NCBI GenBank assembly: GCA_965637545.1
Contig: OZ281495.1
Coordinates: 22,630,001-22,694,000, forward strand
Length of the DNA: 64,000 nucleotides
Direction of reading: 5' to 3'
Source of the DNA: Phallusia mammillata
Taxonomy: Eukaryota
How positions within the stretch are numbered: position 1 is the stretch's first letter; each line of letters starts with the position of its first letter. Both the position numbers and the translations under genes were made by a program. Positions 42,413 to 56,320 of this stretch are shown here, piece after piece. The notes below the pieces were generated by a model, which saw only the letters and a program-made list of their open reading frames with translations, had not been told where the DNA came from and made no database searches.

Positions 42413-44575
42413 AGCGAGAGTATTTTAAGACTGCCCATGTCGACTTAATACCGAAGTGCATGATGATCGGGATTGGGAACTGATAAAACTATTGTTAGGA
42501 AATTGTAGTTTGTGATTGCCACGTCGAATGCGATTTTGCGCGCATTTGAAGTATTTTGAAGGTTGTGTCTTTTTCCTGTATCCCTTTTTAAATTGGGATA
42601 AAAGTAGCATTCGCAAAGTTATAGCGATAGAAAAAGGATGTGTCGTTTTCGTAATTAAATCGATGTGTTGCATTAAATGCAAATTGCATGTGTTGCCAAA
42701 TCTGCTAAAAGCGGATGGTAAAAACACCCGAAACAAAACTTAGAAAGACCTCTACTTTATTTTGAAAAGGGCTAATGGACTTCAACGCGCTGATTTTTTT
42801 TGTACTTGTCAAAAAAATAACTTGCACTATCATTGCGTTTTAAATACAAGTCACACTGTCATTTAACGACCTTGTCTTAGTTAAATGTCAAAGGATATGT
42901 AGGTGTACTTGTATGTGTATTTATTTATAGGATTTTGCCGTTTTACACATAATTATCCAACTGTTAAACTTTCATGCGGTTGCATCCGGGCTACCTTCAG
43001 AATAGCAAAGGTATGAACGTGATTCGTGACCGTCGAGCTTTGACAACTGAAAGTGTTGCGATGGCCAATTGTGGCGACCCTCCAAGCCGCATTGAGGGTC
43101 ACTCGTCGCAGGTGAGCAAACAAATAACTAATACCAGTCATTCTGCGGCAACTCTATAGAAAAGTTTTTTTACACATACTGACAGATTGGTGTTGCATTA
43201 GTATCCAGTAATACAGGAAACAGATTAATAAAGAGTAAGTGGTTCGTGTTAAAATAAGAACAACGGGATTGTGCGAATTACAAAACTGATTTCAATCACA
43301 TAGAACGAAAAATCGGTCAGTAGGCCTACTATCTTTTAGGCAGCTAATTGGGAAAAAAATTAGTGTAGTGATACACAAAAGCTTCAGTTCGCCAAATTTG
43401 CAAGTTTAGTGAAGATAATAGGCTTCGGCAAAGCATTTTTTGGGAATTAAGATCATAATGCAAAACAGCCATCCTGTTGTTACATGTGTATGTCAAAAGC
43501 GACTACGACGTCACAAACCATTCGGTCGTATTTTTTCGGGAAAACTGACAAACATTCGGTCCAAACTTAATTTTACCGATGCGTTGCATCCCTAGTTTCA
43601 AGAGAAAAACGGAGACAAAACCTACACTTTTCGATGAACCAACATTTGTTGCAGTGTGTAAGTTTAGTTTTAGGTAGCGCCAGGCGGACTTTGCTAACCA
43701 TGTTTATATATCCGATTGTGTGGCGCGCCGGCGCTTGCGAAAGCCGCGACAAAGCAAAGTTCATTATTCCCAACGGCGCGTGAATAAATTCGGTTTGTTG
43801 TGCCAGCGACACAATGCAATGTTGACACGCATTCACGTCAAAACACAGATCCATAGTGACGGCCGGCTTTTGGTAAACATCAGGCTATAGTCAACATCGG
43901 AAAGACAGTTTTATCCTTGGGTATACAACTCTATATCCTGAATGTCATCTGGTGTATATATAGTTCACCACTAAAAGCGTTCACTCTCTTTGTAAGGGTG
44001 CAAGTAAAGTTAGCCAACGCTCTTCGTAACGTGGCCTATAACGTTTTTTGAGATATGTCGCTGACGCATAGGTATGGGATATCTCCCTCCCTCGTTGTCG
44101 CGGGAAATACTAAATGTTGACGTCTGCAACTTGAGATTTTAACACGTTTCTGTATCTCTGATGACAGGTAATAAACATATTGATTGGAGAGCTTGGAATA
44201 GACAAACTGACTGTTAGGGTAGTGTACGTTTGTTTTGTAAACAGTTTCGAGACTCGAACGTTTGTCCCAGCGCTATGTGAAACGATCGTATGTTGAATGG
44301 TCGGCGGCAAAAGACGTGTTTTGTTTTATGTCGCCCGTTAAATGCGACACTCAGGCGGAAACAAACACTGTAGTGCAACTATAGTTATTTTGAAAAGGTT
44401 AGCCATACCCAACTTAATAAGTTTTTAGAGGAATGATATTTTTACATGTCGGCATTTAAAATATTTTTACATTGTTATTTCAGGATTAATGCACTGCCGA
44501 ACAACGACAAGATTTTCGTATTGATATAAAGAAAAATGTGTTTATAAGGTATTAGATGAGAAAGATAGGCTAGCC

Positions 44576-47500
44576 ATGGACGTTGAAACGCTATCGGATC
44601 GACACAAAGGAACCCAATCACCTATGAAAGCAAAATGGGAGCTTGGTACGAGAAGTTATTCTATTAATGTAATTTCAATAAGATCTGTTCTTTCAGTACA
44701 CCTTTTCACAGTCAATACCATATAAAGCAGATCATCACTGTCACATAAATCGTGATACGATTGTACAGGGTACATTAAACAGCTTATTGTGAGTAGTTGT
44801 TTAATGAGGGTACCGTTATTTTGATTTTAGGTCTCTTTATGGTTAATTGTTTAATGTCCATGTCTGCATTGAAAGGTTAATCGAAAGTTGTGTTCAAAAA
44901 TTTTTGCGACTTTTACTCCCACTGCTAAAACCTTCCCTGGTGCGACACGTGTATTAAGTTTGCTTTTCATGCCAGAATGGGATAATACGGAGTGGAAGAT
45001 TCAGATAAAACAAAAACAACTTGCTTCTTTAAAAGATAAAACATCCAACATGCTTCTTTAAAAGTTCAAATTGTTAATGCAACTGTTTTAAAGCCTATTA
45101 GCTAATTGGATTATCACTAAAGACTGTTTATTGTACATGAGATACACTATTGTGTAGGATGGCAAGCTCCGGACAATCTGTTAAAAATTGCGGTATTCGA
45201 TCAAACACAAACCGCGACGAAAAAGAAGAAAGGAGCTTCGGAGGATCTTCGACAAAAAGTTCAAGTGAGGCTACAATTCTGCACTATTTTACCACAAGCA
45301 CGTTTTTGTCGAGAGTGTTGTCCCGCCAGATGACGCAACGGAGCTTCTTTAGATTGACATAGAATTGCAAATCAGATTTTGCCTGTCATGTGGGGCGTTT
45401 GATTCATTTCATGACTCAAAACTGTTTCTTGGTCTGTAAAATTGCATAGGGCAAGATAGAAATCCTACAAAAAAAACTAATTTACTAATTTAGTCGGCAC
45501 CAAGGTATGAATAATTACCTTCAATACCCCTTGTAGACTTGTATTAGGATTGTTAATTTGTTACAGCATTCGAAACCTCTTCTTGTTGTTCTTGATGGTT
45601 TTGGTGTAAAGGTATTTAATGATTTACCTGATCGAGCTTGATCTAACGCAAACACATCAGATTGAGCGCAAACATGCACCTGCGGGACAGTTAAGTGTAT
45701 ATAGACACACGAACGCAACAAAAGGACGTTCGTTTTGTGCTTGCGATTTAATTTACCGAGATGGAATCTTCCGAACTGGAAAAACAAAAGCGAATTGCTC
45801 GTCACCGCTCTGTAACTTTTAAAGTTTTTAAAGCAGGCGACAAGAAATACTCAGTTGCCTCTTTCGACACTCAGGATGATGTGTTTACGGTAATTTGCGA
45901 CTGTTTTACGTCAACGATTCAGGTTTATAGCATAGAGTTATCTTCTGTATTTGTCGGTGTGAGGTTAGGTTACCTTGATAGTTTGTTTGAGATACTTTAA
46001 ACTGTGATGAAATGCAATTCTGCCTTGTTACAGAGAATGGAGGCGGCAATGGCGTTATCTGAAACAGGTAGCACGCGACGGCATCGTTTAAAAGCTTCGA
46101 GCCGACGATCCACATCAGTAAAGGTTTGTTTCTTTTAACCTAAATTAAAAATCACGTACATGTGTCAGCAATGACTAAAGTGTTTTTCATTAGCTTTCCT
46201 CAAGCTATATGGTATTACTAGCTTACCTTGCTTTTGCAGCATTTGAATTACTTTCGAAGCTTAGTGCGCTGTGTGATACTTCTCGTAAGGTGCTTTCGAC
46301 TGCGAAGAAAGTAAGTTTTTTTTTTACTTAATCTTGGTTAGAGCATGTAAAACCATGATTAGACAGTTTACTATTTGTATCACAGATTTGCCATACAGTC
46401 TGATGAATTGACATACACCCATCATGAACGTGTGGTGGATTTTTCATCTCCAGACAAAAGCAGTGTAAGTACTAAATAAGTTTAGAAAGCCGTTTTATCG
46501 ACGGAAGATATACCATAATACGAATTCGAGACTATATTTTGTGTGATTTTTCTTTTTTCATAATGGATTATTACAGTTAAGTTGGGAAATGAGAATGATT
46601 TTTTCAACACCTCCACGTCTACGAAAAGAAGAAGACCTTATTAAAGTCGTCCGTTTTTTACGATCTTGTGGTGCGGTACGTGCCATGCTGGGACAAACTA
46701 TGACCGACAGTGATATGCAGCTTGCAAGGCATGCCGCATATGAGAGGTTGGTTTGCCTTGATTTCAATGACAGTCGGGATGTTTTTCGTTCGTTAAAAAG
46801 TTAACACAACTTAAGACATGTCACACCATGCGGTCCAAAGTCATGAGATTTTCGGCACACACCTTGGCAAATGGCTTGTGCTCTGATTTGCATACAAAGA
46901 GGCCTGCTTCACACGATTTTTTGTCTTTAAATTTTGCCATATTCTGTTACCGCGTTTTATTTATCTTCTAGGTATGAGAGCGGTCGAGTTTTAGCGCAAC
47001 AAGGTCGCCCACCAGACCGTTTTTTCTTCGTGATGTCCGGTAAAATAATGGTAGTAAAAGAATATCACGTAGGCAACAGCGTCATATCTAAAACTGTCGG
47101 TGTGCTGACAAAAGGCTGTACAACAAGCGTAAGTCCATCGAAAACAAATTTTAATCATGTTTAAAAAAACAATAAACATTTGATACATGCAGGTGGATGA
47201 GATGGAACAAGAGCAGGAAAGAAGACAAACGCTTCTATGCCGAGGGACTGTTGAAGCAATTGTATTGGACAAAGACGTATGTTACGTTTGCCGGATTAGT
47301 CTCGGCGAATTTTTTAATACTTAAATGTTTTTTTTGCTCGTAAAAATGATATCTAAAGTTCTACCTGCCCACAATTAGGGTTTGTGGACAATAGCTATAT
47401 AACAAGTAAAATAAAATATAAACAACTAATAAAAAAGTTAAGGTCTTCGTTTCGCATCTGTTATCCTGCCTATTAAGCAGGTTAATTATTACATTATTCA

Positions 47501-50415
47501 TAATAGTGTATAATACAATTGCCCCATAAGTTGTGAAAGATAGTTTAGAGCAGGGGTCACCAAACTTTTTTCACTGCGGGCCGGATGAGTGATAACAATG
47601 ATTCGCGCGGGCTGCATTGCTCATGCCCTACCCAACGAGGCAATTTTTATAGGGGCGCCAAGTCATGGTCTTTCTACAATCCTATTTAAAAACTGGTTTT
47701 GCGACTGTTAAACTGTATAATTAGTCTAATCTTACGAGCAATGTTTGTATATTACGCCACAAGTGACAAAAATAGGCAATTGTTTGCGCACAATTAACAC
47801 TTGTAGTCTTGTCTGTGACGTAACAAACTGGCTTTGGGTCAACCCTGGGAGTTAAAATCCTATGAAACGCGGTAATATTAATTCTGAATATTCCCACAGC
47901 AAAACTTTTGTAAGGAGTAGATTATCTTCCAATGTTACAAAGATATTAATACAATTTGGCAACCTAAAAATGTGGTCGCGGGCCGGATGAAATGACCTCG
48001 GGCTGTAGTTTACCCCCTGGATTAGAGGAACAAGGTTAAAGACCACTTGGTTACACCATTGCTTTGCAATAGTCTATGAGTTTAAACATTACTATCCACA
48101 AAAATAAAGTCTACTAAATCTCAATGCAGTCAGCCTAACCAAATTATTTACACAACTTACGTACACCCCACTTAACTGCTACTTCACCATAATTTGAACA
48201 GCAGTTAATTATTACGAGTGAATAAACAATTACCTGAATGGCCTTCAACTGATCTTTTGTGGCACCAACTTCTTAGCAGAAATCAAATTAGAATTTGAAT
48301 CATTGCCCAATTTCCTTAACGTTAAGAATGAACGTCAGTTACTGTCAAGAAAACTTGTGCAACAAATGTCCTATGCTTTGTCACGGCTGTATAAATCGAA
48401 CGTTGTGTGTTACGAAACAATGACAAACCACAAAGAAGTTTACCAGTATAACCCAACTGTACATCCGGCTTCATGAAACATGATTAACTTTACTTGTTTC
48501 AGGATTACTTTGTTCTCCGTGAAAGTGAAATGGGAGGAGCAAGGGCGTTTCTTGTCAATCATCAATTCTTTCGCCTGTTTCCTACAGAAGTTTTACGGAA
48601 CGACAGCCACATTTTGTTTCTGAAGTACTTTCCGTAAGTTTTTTGGCGTTACCACAGAGCTCGAAACACACGCTTTAAACCTGTCCTTTTATTACATAGA
48701 GATGGTTCGGTTATATTTCCCGGGGGAAGAGATTACGAATGGATTTACATTGTAAAGACGGTGAGGATTTGCAGCTGAAACAGACTATCTTAGACTTGCA
48801 GTATAACAGATCGGAAAATTGTTACAGTTTTCTTTCTACCATTTTTTTCATGTAGGGCGAATGTGCGCTTGTTCGGTCACAAATGGTGGCCAACGTTTCG
48901 TATCAGAAGAAGTCACTCTTCAACAAACTCACACCAGAAGAGCTGGGTTGCGATCGTGGTAGGAGCTTAAAAAGTGGATCTGAACCTCTTGCCGACTTCA
49001 GAATGTGGAGAAGTGGAAGTATGGTGAACTCTTGGCATAATCGATCAACAGACTCCAAACCGTACGTACAAAATAACGTTTCTGACTGTTTCGCCCTGTT
49101 TAGTGGGCAAAAAAATGGGCAAAACCTTGTTCCTAACAGTCAAGTCCGATTAGCAACGTTTGTCTTCATTTAAATTTACCTCATACCTGCATTTTACAGC
49201 CAACATGGTATTTTTATATTAACTCCATGAATTCCGTTATTTCGTCAGTGCACGTTAATCGTTTTTTGCTTTCCTTTAACATATTTGTTTGTCATTCCAG
49301 GTCAGCTTTGAAAAACGAATCAGTGATTTGGAGCGAGAGAAGCAAGACGCCGACCAGCGTTACTTCATTGTCATCGCAATCTCTGGAAAATATGGTTTGT
49401 TGTCGTCTTTTCGCCATACAGTGTGAGAGTCCAAATATCAATCTATATCGCGTTTTAAGACAAATGGCCATGGCAACAAAAAGCTGAGCACTTTACCTTC
49501 CATCCTAAAGTCCGGAAGTCAAGTTACCAACGGAGAAACTGACGTTATTATGGAAGAAGAGGAACATCATATGCGAAATGGAACTTCCTCAGTATTAAAT
49601 CCCATTGACGCATCGATGGCTGGAGTTGACACAGGATCCGCTCGACTCCTCCTTAGCCGTTCTCGCATGTCGGCGTCGTTGTCAAAAGAAAAAGCTCAAT
49701 CCAAAGTGTTGCCAAGGCCTGAAAGACTCATTAGCAGTGCACCACCTGTATTACGCCGAGCTCATCTTGAACTGGGAAGACTGACTGCCAACGACGTTTA
49801 TGTAAGTTTGCTTTTGATATCTTTTTTGCACACCGCTGATTTTTAACGGCATATACAATTCTATTTTTAGGGACTGGATGATTTGTTTAGCGGTAATGAA
49901 GACGTTACACGAATTGCGTTGGTCAGTAAAGGTGCTGACGTGATCTTGATGAGGCGAACCTTTTTTCTACGTCACGCTCCTGCAAATTTGTTGATTCTAC
50001 TTAGTGGCGTGGTACGTAGGTTTTGATTTTAATTGCAATACAAAACACGAAAGCTGACCTGTTTAATTCATCTTGACAGAATCACGACTTTCCGACTGTG
50101 GCAGAAGCAAGAGCGTCACTGGAAGCTTCGGAAACGTGGAAACTTTACAAAAATTCACTGATTAGGCTTTTAACGTCTACGAGAAAAGTTGACAATCACC
50201 ATCGTCAAACCGATCGGTACTCTCCGAATTCCAGAAGGGCAATGACATCGTATGGAAGACGTCCCGCCCCTGCATCTCGATCTTATCACAAACCTTCCAC
50301 GGCGCAACACCGATTGCAAAGAAACGTTGCAAGCGCTCCTCCAATGTCACGATCGCTGGAAAGCATTCGCGGAATTGATCAACAGTTTGCGCCGCATCGC
50401 TCTCTACCAAGATGA
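44576..50415 (+). CDS. CNBD2: Cyclic-nucleotide-binding-domain protein, CNBD2-like (~755 aa)
   Basis: 16 in-frame exons: 44576-44645, 45158-45264, 45761-45889, 46034-46123, 46240-46310, 46386-46464, 46577-46746, 46972-47128 (YESGRVLAQQGRPPDRFFFVMSG), 47193-47276, 48503-48633, 48700-48760 (GSVIFPGGRDYEWIYIVKT), 48856-49061, 49301-49394, 49460-49801, 49871-50011 (LVSKGADVILM), 50080-50415 (FPTVAEARASL..W..YK). The first three exons and the orthology assignment are less certain than the CNB core. Confidence 0.72.
47551..48019. mobile_element. hAT-like MITE, family M2
   Basis: Homologous to 8602-9105; TSD gtttagag/gattagag (7/8). Confidence 0.85.
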
Positions 50416-51215
50416 TGACCGGTCACAAGGAACAAGAAGACCGCAAACCCTTTTTGTTGCCAATTAAATTTACATAATAGGTTTGGCAGTTGATTATAGT
50501 CGCTTGGTGGCACAAGTAAGCTAGCTGATTGCGAAATATAGCTCAGTCGCGTACGTTTGCGGCAACAAGATTCTGTAACGGCGGTGTTGCTACTTACCAA
50601 GTTACTGCTTTTGACTTTTGCAAATTTGGGCGGATTATTAAGGTGTGTACACCGTTCGTGTTGTGCATTGCATTTAAAAGTATTTTTATAAACGCACTGC
50701 ATAAATGTTAGTATATTACCACTGGATTGATATAAAACTGAAAAAATACTTTCTGTATAACAAGGAATTTTGCTGCAATGTGGGAGTGTGGTGACACGAC
50801 AGAAAGCTTATGTTTGTGTGTTTGAATTATTTTATGGCACAATTAACATTAAATTACACGGCAAACATTTTGCAATACGTGTGTAAGCATGTGCGTTTGT
50901 TTGCTGGCTTGTCATGCTACCACCAATATGTTGTTTCTTATAACGTCCAAAGATCCTTAAATACACTTTGTCATTTTCTTCTAACCGCCATTCTTTTTTT
51001 TCCGCTACTGAAAGTATTAATATTTGTTTTACATAGGAACAAACAAATCTGTTTTACAGAGGATTCAAACATATAACGCTGTACAGCTGTGCGTCACATA
51101 TAAAACAAAACCTGGGCATAAAACCCAACTAAGCAATATAATGTACAATTATAATAACCTTTACAATAAGAAAAAAAAAATCAGCAATATGCACAAAGTT
51201 TCAAACACAAGGTCA

Positions 51216-52631
51216 TCAGTCAAAAGCTTGTCTCATCATTTCGATAAGATTAACTTCATCAGAGAGATGCACATGAGCCCTATTCATGGCTCTTTCCGTG
51301 TCCCTGATGTACTTTTGACGCTTGGCTTCTGATTCAAAATCGTCTGCTTGTTTAAAGCAGTCAATCGCCTCTGCATAGGTACCAGCTGCCTTTTCGGGCT
51401 CAGACATTCGCATGTAACTTGAGCCCAGGTTATTTAGGAGCGTGCCGAAAATCTGAAACTTCATAGACTTGTTTCCAAACGTGTTGCGCATCAGCTGTAT
51501 TCCTTCGTTCAAAACCTCTGCACTCGACTGTACATCCTGGTCGCATACCTCGATATAGTGCACAATCCAGGCCGCTTTTACGCACTTAAACTGATCTTCT
51601 ACTCCATCGAAACTAAGTACCTTGTCCTTCATTGACCTCATAAGCGGAAGGACGTAGGTTTGCACAAATGACTTCATGCTTTCGTCGTCCTTCATTATAC
51701 CAAGCACCGGCTCACGCATGGACGACATGCACTTGTCAATCACAGAAATGGTTTTCTTGTTGTTGTTAGGATCAGAGTACATCTCAATTGTCACCAAGCA
51801 AAACAATATTGCCTCAAACTCCTGCCCTTTGGAATGCAGCATCTCAATAAATGAAACAGCACTGTGGACGCTCATATGGACATTTTCGTTGAGGGCGTTA
51901 ATGAGCTCCTTCCTCACCTCGGTACAACGTTTCATACGACCAGTGGCAAGTAGGGTCACTCCATATTTTAAAAGAAACCTTAAGTTGCGCAGCACACTGC
52001 CCAACAAGGACTGCCGGTTGAGAATTCCAAATGCAGCGTCGTATTTACCCTCGTTTAGCAATGCTACACTGGTTTCTATAAAACGAAACACCATAATTAG
52101 CGTTCGTAGCAGACGTATTTTGAATCGTCTATCCACATACCTACACTTCAGTTTCGAAATACACGAAATACAGCACAGACAACGCTAGCAGTGTAAATAA
52201 AACATGCACACAGCTAATAAAACAATACAAATACTTGCCTTCCCAGTCAGACAAAAACACCTGAGAGAGCTTTAATTTCCTCTTGTAGCTTGTGGTCTGC
52301 CGACCTAAAAACGCGGATGTACAGGATAATGCAAGTAAACTAAAGCAAGCAAAATTCTTAATTACAAAAAGAAATAAACTTATACAGCACAAAATACGTC
52401 CTAGTTGAATAAACCCTTGTGGTGGCCGTTTCTAAAAAGCTAAGTCTGTACACCAAATAATTTTAGTCACCTACCTCTTGGCGGATCATTTAATACACTT
52501 TGTTGCTGGCTTGTAGATGGCTCGTCTACAATGGGGTTTTCAGTTTCTGGCACCAAGTCTGCAACGTATATAAGGTAACAAAAGCAAACTTGAACACGCA
52601 CACTTGACTTACCAGCAGCAACATCCGCCAT
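51216..52631 (-). CDS. Unnamed alpha-helical TPR-like protein, paralogue A (314 aa)
   Basis: Exons 52631-52613 (MADVAA, GTAAGT donor), 52304-52239 (GRQTTSYKRKLKLSQVFLSDWE, GC donor) and 52075-51216. All joins are phase 1; sum 945 nt. C-terminal FGTLLNNLGSSY..EKAAGTYAEAIDCFKQADDFE. Confidence 0.8.
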
Positions 52632-53532
52632 TTTTGCTTGCTAACCCGATGCAGGTCGTATTGGTGCTTTCTATAACGTTGGCTGCTATTATTTTCCACA
52701 ATCAAGGCAAAGTATCACGGCACTACTGATGGGTTAAGCATTGGTTCCGCTTTTCTGTACTTTCAACGTCAACCACACGTAACACCAAAATGAGGAACCA
52801 CTGTACAGCAGCCTCTCTCGAAACCTTACACAAGTACAAACAATGAACGCTTTGTTGAATTGCATGCTACACTGGTCTGGTACGGGCATTGCAGCTTAGC
52901 TTGGCTAATAGAAACTGTAACTTTTGTGTACATATCAAATTGCTACTTTGGACTGGGTGCGGATTTTCTGTGCCGTTATACGCTGACATACGCGCTATTT
53001 GCTTTTTGTGGTGTTTTGTTTTTGATTTCATTGGTTTAAAAATAAAGATTAACAGCTGTATAGCCGTTTTTTTACGTGTTTTTTTCTCAACTTTGATATA
53101 GATAATTGCTGTACAGCTTTAATTGTTTAGAATTGTAGGTTTTTGTGTCAATTTTGTTATGGTAAATTTGAATCGTTTTTTGGCCCTCATAGCTATGAAA
53201 CAGTTTGTTAGATAAAAAAATATCAATGTTTTTTGAAGTGCACAGTCTCAACGCTTCACTGGTGTCGTAAAACAAATCAATTTAATGTGTACATACATCC
53301 CAACGGTAAGCACAACAACTACAGCAATTCGTAGGCACTATAGGAATAAAACAATGCAATGCAATAAAAAAATATTTACACTCTCTTTATAAGACTGGAA
53401 TAAAGAGTATACATACATAAATTTAAAATATACGATAAACGTTTGGTCTACTACATTTACGCAAACTTATACGAAGCAAACAACCTTGTTCAATCAATAC
53501 AGATTTATAAAATACATCATCATAGGAAAGGG

Positions 53533-54518
53533 TTAATTTTTGCGCAGTGCTAGGGACAAAGCTCCTTCTGCATCCATTATAAACTTTTCTTTCTTTGCAT
53601 CACTTTCGAAATCTTTTGCATGATGAAAAGCATCGATGGCCCTAGCAAAACAGTCAGCAGCCTGCTCGTATTCAGAGAGGACCAAATATGTGGCTCCCAA
53701 GTTATTCAGGTAGGTGCCGTACATCTGGATATGCGCTGCATTATTGCCGTAGATCTTATCCATGTTGTCGATGGCTTCAAGCAAGGTCTTCTCTCGTGTG
53801 TCGTGGTCCTCGACTTCCAGCTCCACGCACTCCACCACGTGATAGCACACAGATCGAATGAGAAGCAAAAGCTTATCTCCAGCATGTTGGGTGCATTTGA
53901 TGACCTTGCCGTTTATGGCATGCAGCATCGGTGCCACCGTCAGTTCGCCGAACGCTTTGTGAGACGGGTCAGCCTTGATTAACTCGGTGACACACTCGCG
54001 GATGATGTGCATGCAATTAAGTAATGAGGCGGCAGAGGTACCAGAAGGAGGTTCAACATCTAACAGCGACGCTGCTAGGTTTGCAACTGCGATGGCGTGT
54101 AAATATTTCTTCATCTCCTGAAGCTTGAGGGCAAACTTTAGTGCCTCGTCACCTGTGGTTCTTAGCGATTTGCGAACTAAGTTGAAAAGTTTGTCGAAGA
54201 CTTCCTTCGCTTCTTCGTGACGCTGGGTCACAATGAGGCTTTCGTAGTATTTAATGAGAAACGGCAGATCGCGCACTTCGTCTTCTTGCTCGTAGATTCG
54301 ATCAAGAATCCCAAACGCCTCGTCAAAATTGTTTTCTTTCATTAGTTGTGTAGTTCGATCTGTGCAAACAAACTATCAATTTTATATTTGCGAATGCTTC
54401 AAAGTATTTTCGAAAATGTTTTGTTTTTTGGCACTTATAAGAATATCAACTGTATCCAAACTTATACCATGTTCAGGTTACCTTCGAGGTCGAAGAATCG
54501 CTCAAGATTGCTTTTCAT
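53533..54518 (-). CDS. Unnamed alpha-helical TPR-like protein, paralogue B (>=287 aa)
   Basis: Exons 54518-54482 (MKSNLERFFDLE) and 54359-53533. The small exon is open upstream to an acceptor at 54577, so the N-terminus may be longer. YGTYLNNLGATY..EQAADCFARAIDAFHHAKDFE motif. Confidence 0.8.
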
Positions 54519-56106
54519 GGCGGCTTGTTTAGGCTTCCTTCCTGTAGCTTGACTTTTCTTATTTGTCTTCTCCGTCTCTGGCAATATATATGTAACAAAT
54601 ACATGAAAATACGATAAAACATTATTCCAAACTAATTCAAAAAACACATGCTAATACCTGTTGTTTCTCCCAACCCCGCAAATGTTGCACCTTCTCCAGG
54701 AAATACCCTTTGCATGTAATGAGACAGACTTTCTGTTCAAAACAATGAAACACTTACGATAATATCACACATGTCAACGTACACAAGCAAATTGATAAAG
54801 CATACCGACGTTTTGTGCCAACATTCCATACACAGTGCTGCAAAGAATATGAGATTTTATTATTGTGTGTTTTCGACATACGACAAGGTTTCAACTGACC
54901 GATGATCTGGTTTGTGTTGAACGTTGACGTTGAGATTTAAATTCATTCTGTCGTCGTCAGTTGTGACATTGGTTTGATGCATTGTTCTCTTTTTAATTCT
55001 TTACCAAATGAAAATATAAGTGCAACACAAGCTGCAACCAAAGTTGTTGTTGTTATATGGCAAACGACTGCAACCTTTTTCGAATAACGTGTACACAACG
55101 TGTGTGTACCCTAGATGCGAAGCCAAAATATATCGACCTTATTAAGCCACAGGCTAGATTCTAAAAAAACAAAGATTGGCTTTAAATTTACCAAGTATCG
55201 CAAAATAAAACTCGAATTATTGCCATTTGATTTGCTGATAACATATAAGACCGGGCAACAAAAATACTATTCGAGCGCTCTGTTTGACCCGTAGTCCGAC
55301 AAGTTACACATCCCCACGTTGAAGGATGCGTAATACCGAGCTTTTGACTAAAGCTGTTCTGTCAAGCAAAGTAGTAGCTTGCTTATAAGGTAACACAAAA
55401 CGACTATTGAACCACGTAATAAAGCAGCTACACAAACGATGTACGGCTTGTCGATTTCACTTCCCCTTTTTAACGGTTGAATGGTTCTGATTGTGTTACG
55501 ATCACGTGATTTTAATTTATGGCCAGTACCAATAGTTAATGCCGTCATATTATCAAACAACATGGCTTTAACTGTCTGTACAAATAATTTTATTATTTAA
55601 GCAGAAACTTCTTCATATTTCCAAAACATAAAAAAGTTAATCCAAGAAAGAAATGTTTACACCACATTCATTTTTTGAACTAATTATTTTTGGTTATTGG
55701 CTTCTGTCGCGTTTTGCCGCTTTTGTCCGTTTATATGGCGTAATCCGAGTGAAAGATGTGTTAAGTAGTCATTTGTTTTTGCCTAATACGTGAAATTCTT
55801 GACGATGACAGACTGTGTGTATATAAGAACTGACCAGAGGCGAAGAGCGACCTTTAGCGACAAATAAAAAAATATCAAAATTCAGGTTTCAAATTTGATC
55901 ATCTGAAAACTCTCCTTATTAAATAATAAAACTTACTGATAACAATAGTTAATTTATCGTGAAACCTGAATATTAGCTTCAAACAGCTTGCTTTTTCAAC
56001 CCTAGCTTAAAAAGGTAAATAATATTGGCATCACGTGTAAGAAAAGTAAACATTGAGAACATAACATAGCACAGGTCTCTTTGTAAACTTTATTCACAGC
56101 TTAAGC

Positions 56107-56320
56107 CAGTGATTCTCAAACCCGGCTTTCAGAGCCGCTTGCGGCTCCCAACTACTTATTTTGCGGCTCCCACCAGACATCAGAAAACCATCGAACATTG
56201 CTGTTTTAGCTTTCAAAATAATAATCTTTAGTGTTCTCTTAAAGTTTCGTTTTTTTGCGGCCCTCCACACCTAAAAAACTGCCATTTGGTCCCGACAATA
56301 AAAAAGTTTGAGAACCACCG
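56107..56320. mobile_element. hAT-like MITE, family M4
   Basis: Homologous to 35540-35747; TSD gcttaagc/gcttaagt (7/8). Confidence 0.85.

Noticed and set aside
43861-43900. ggccggc start resembling an HDV-like ribozyme
   Set aside because: No complementary P1/P2/P3 segments or catalytic-C context could be found.
49200-49207. Possible 8-nt micro-exon (cag|ccaacatg|gt) in the CNBD2-like gene
   Set aside because: Including it shifts the phase and creates a stop in the next exon; direct 49061->49301 splicing keeps the frame.
50539-50600. tagctcagtcg resembling a tRNA/SINE A-box
   Set aside because: No B-box (GGTTCGA) and no cloverleaf.
52076-52136. N-terminus MDRRFKIRLLRTLIMVFRFI of the 306-aa ORF
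   Set aside because: It begins at a non-ATG codon and lies in a pyrimidine-rich tract ending in TATAG. Homology with paralogues B-D places an intron here.
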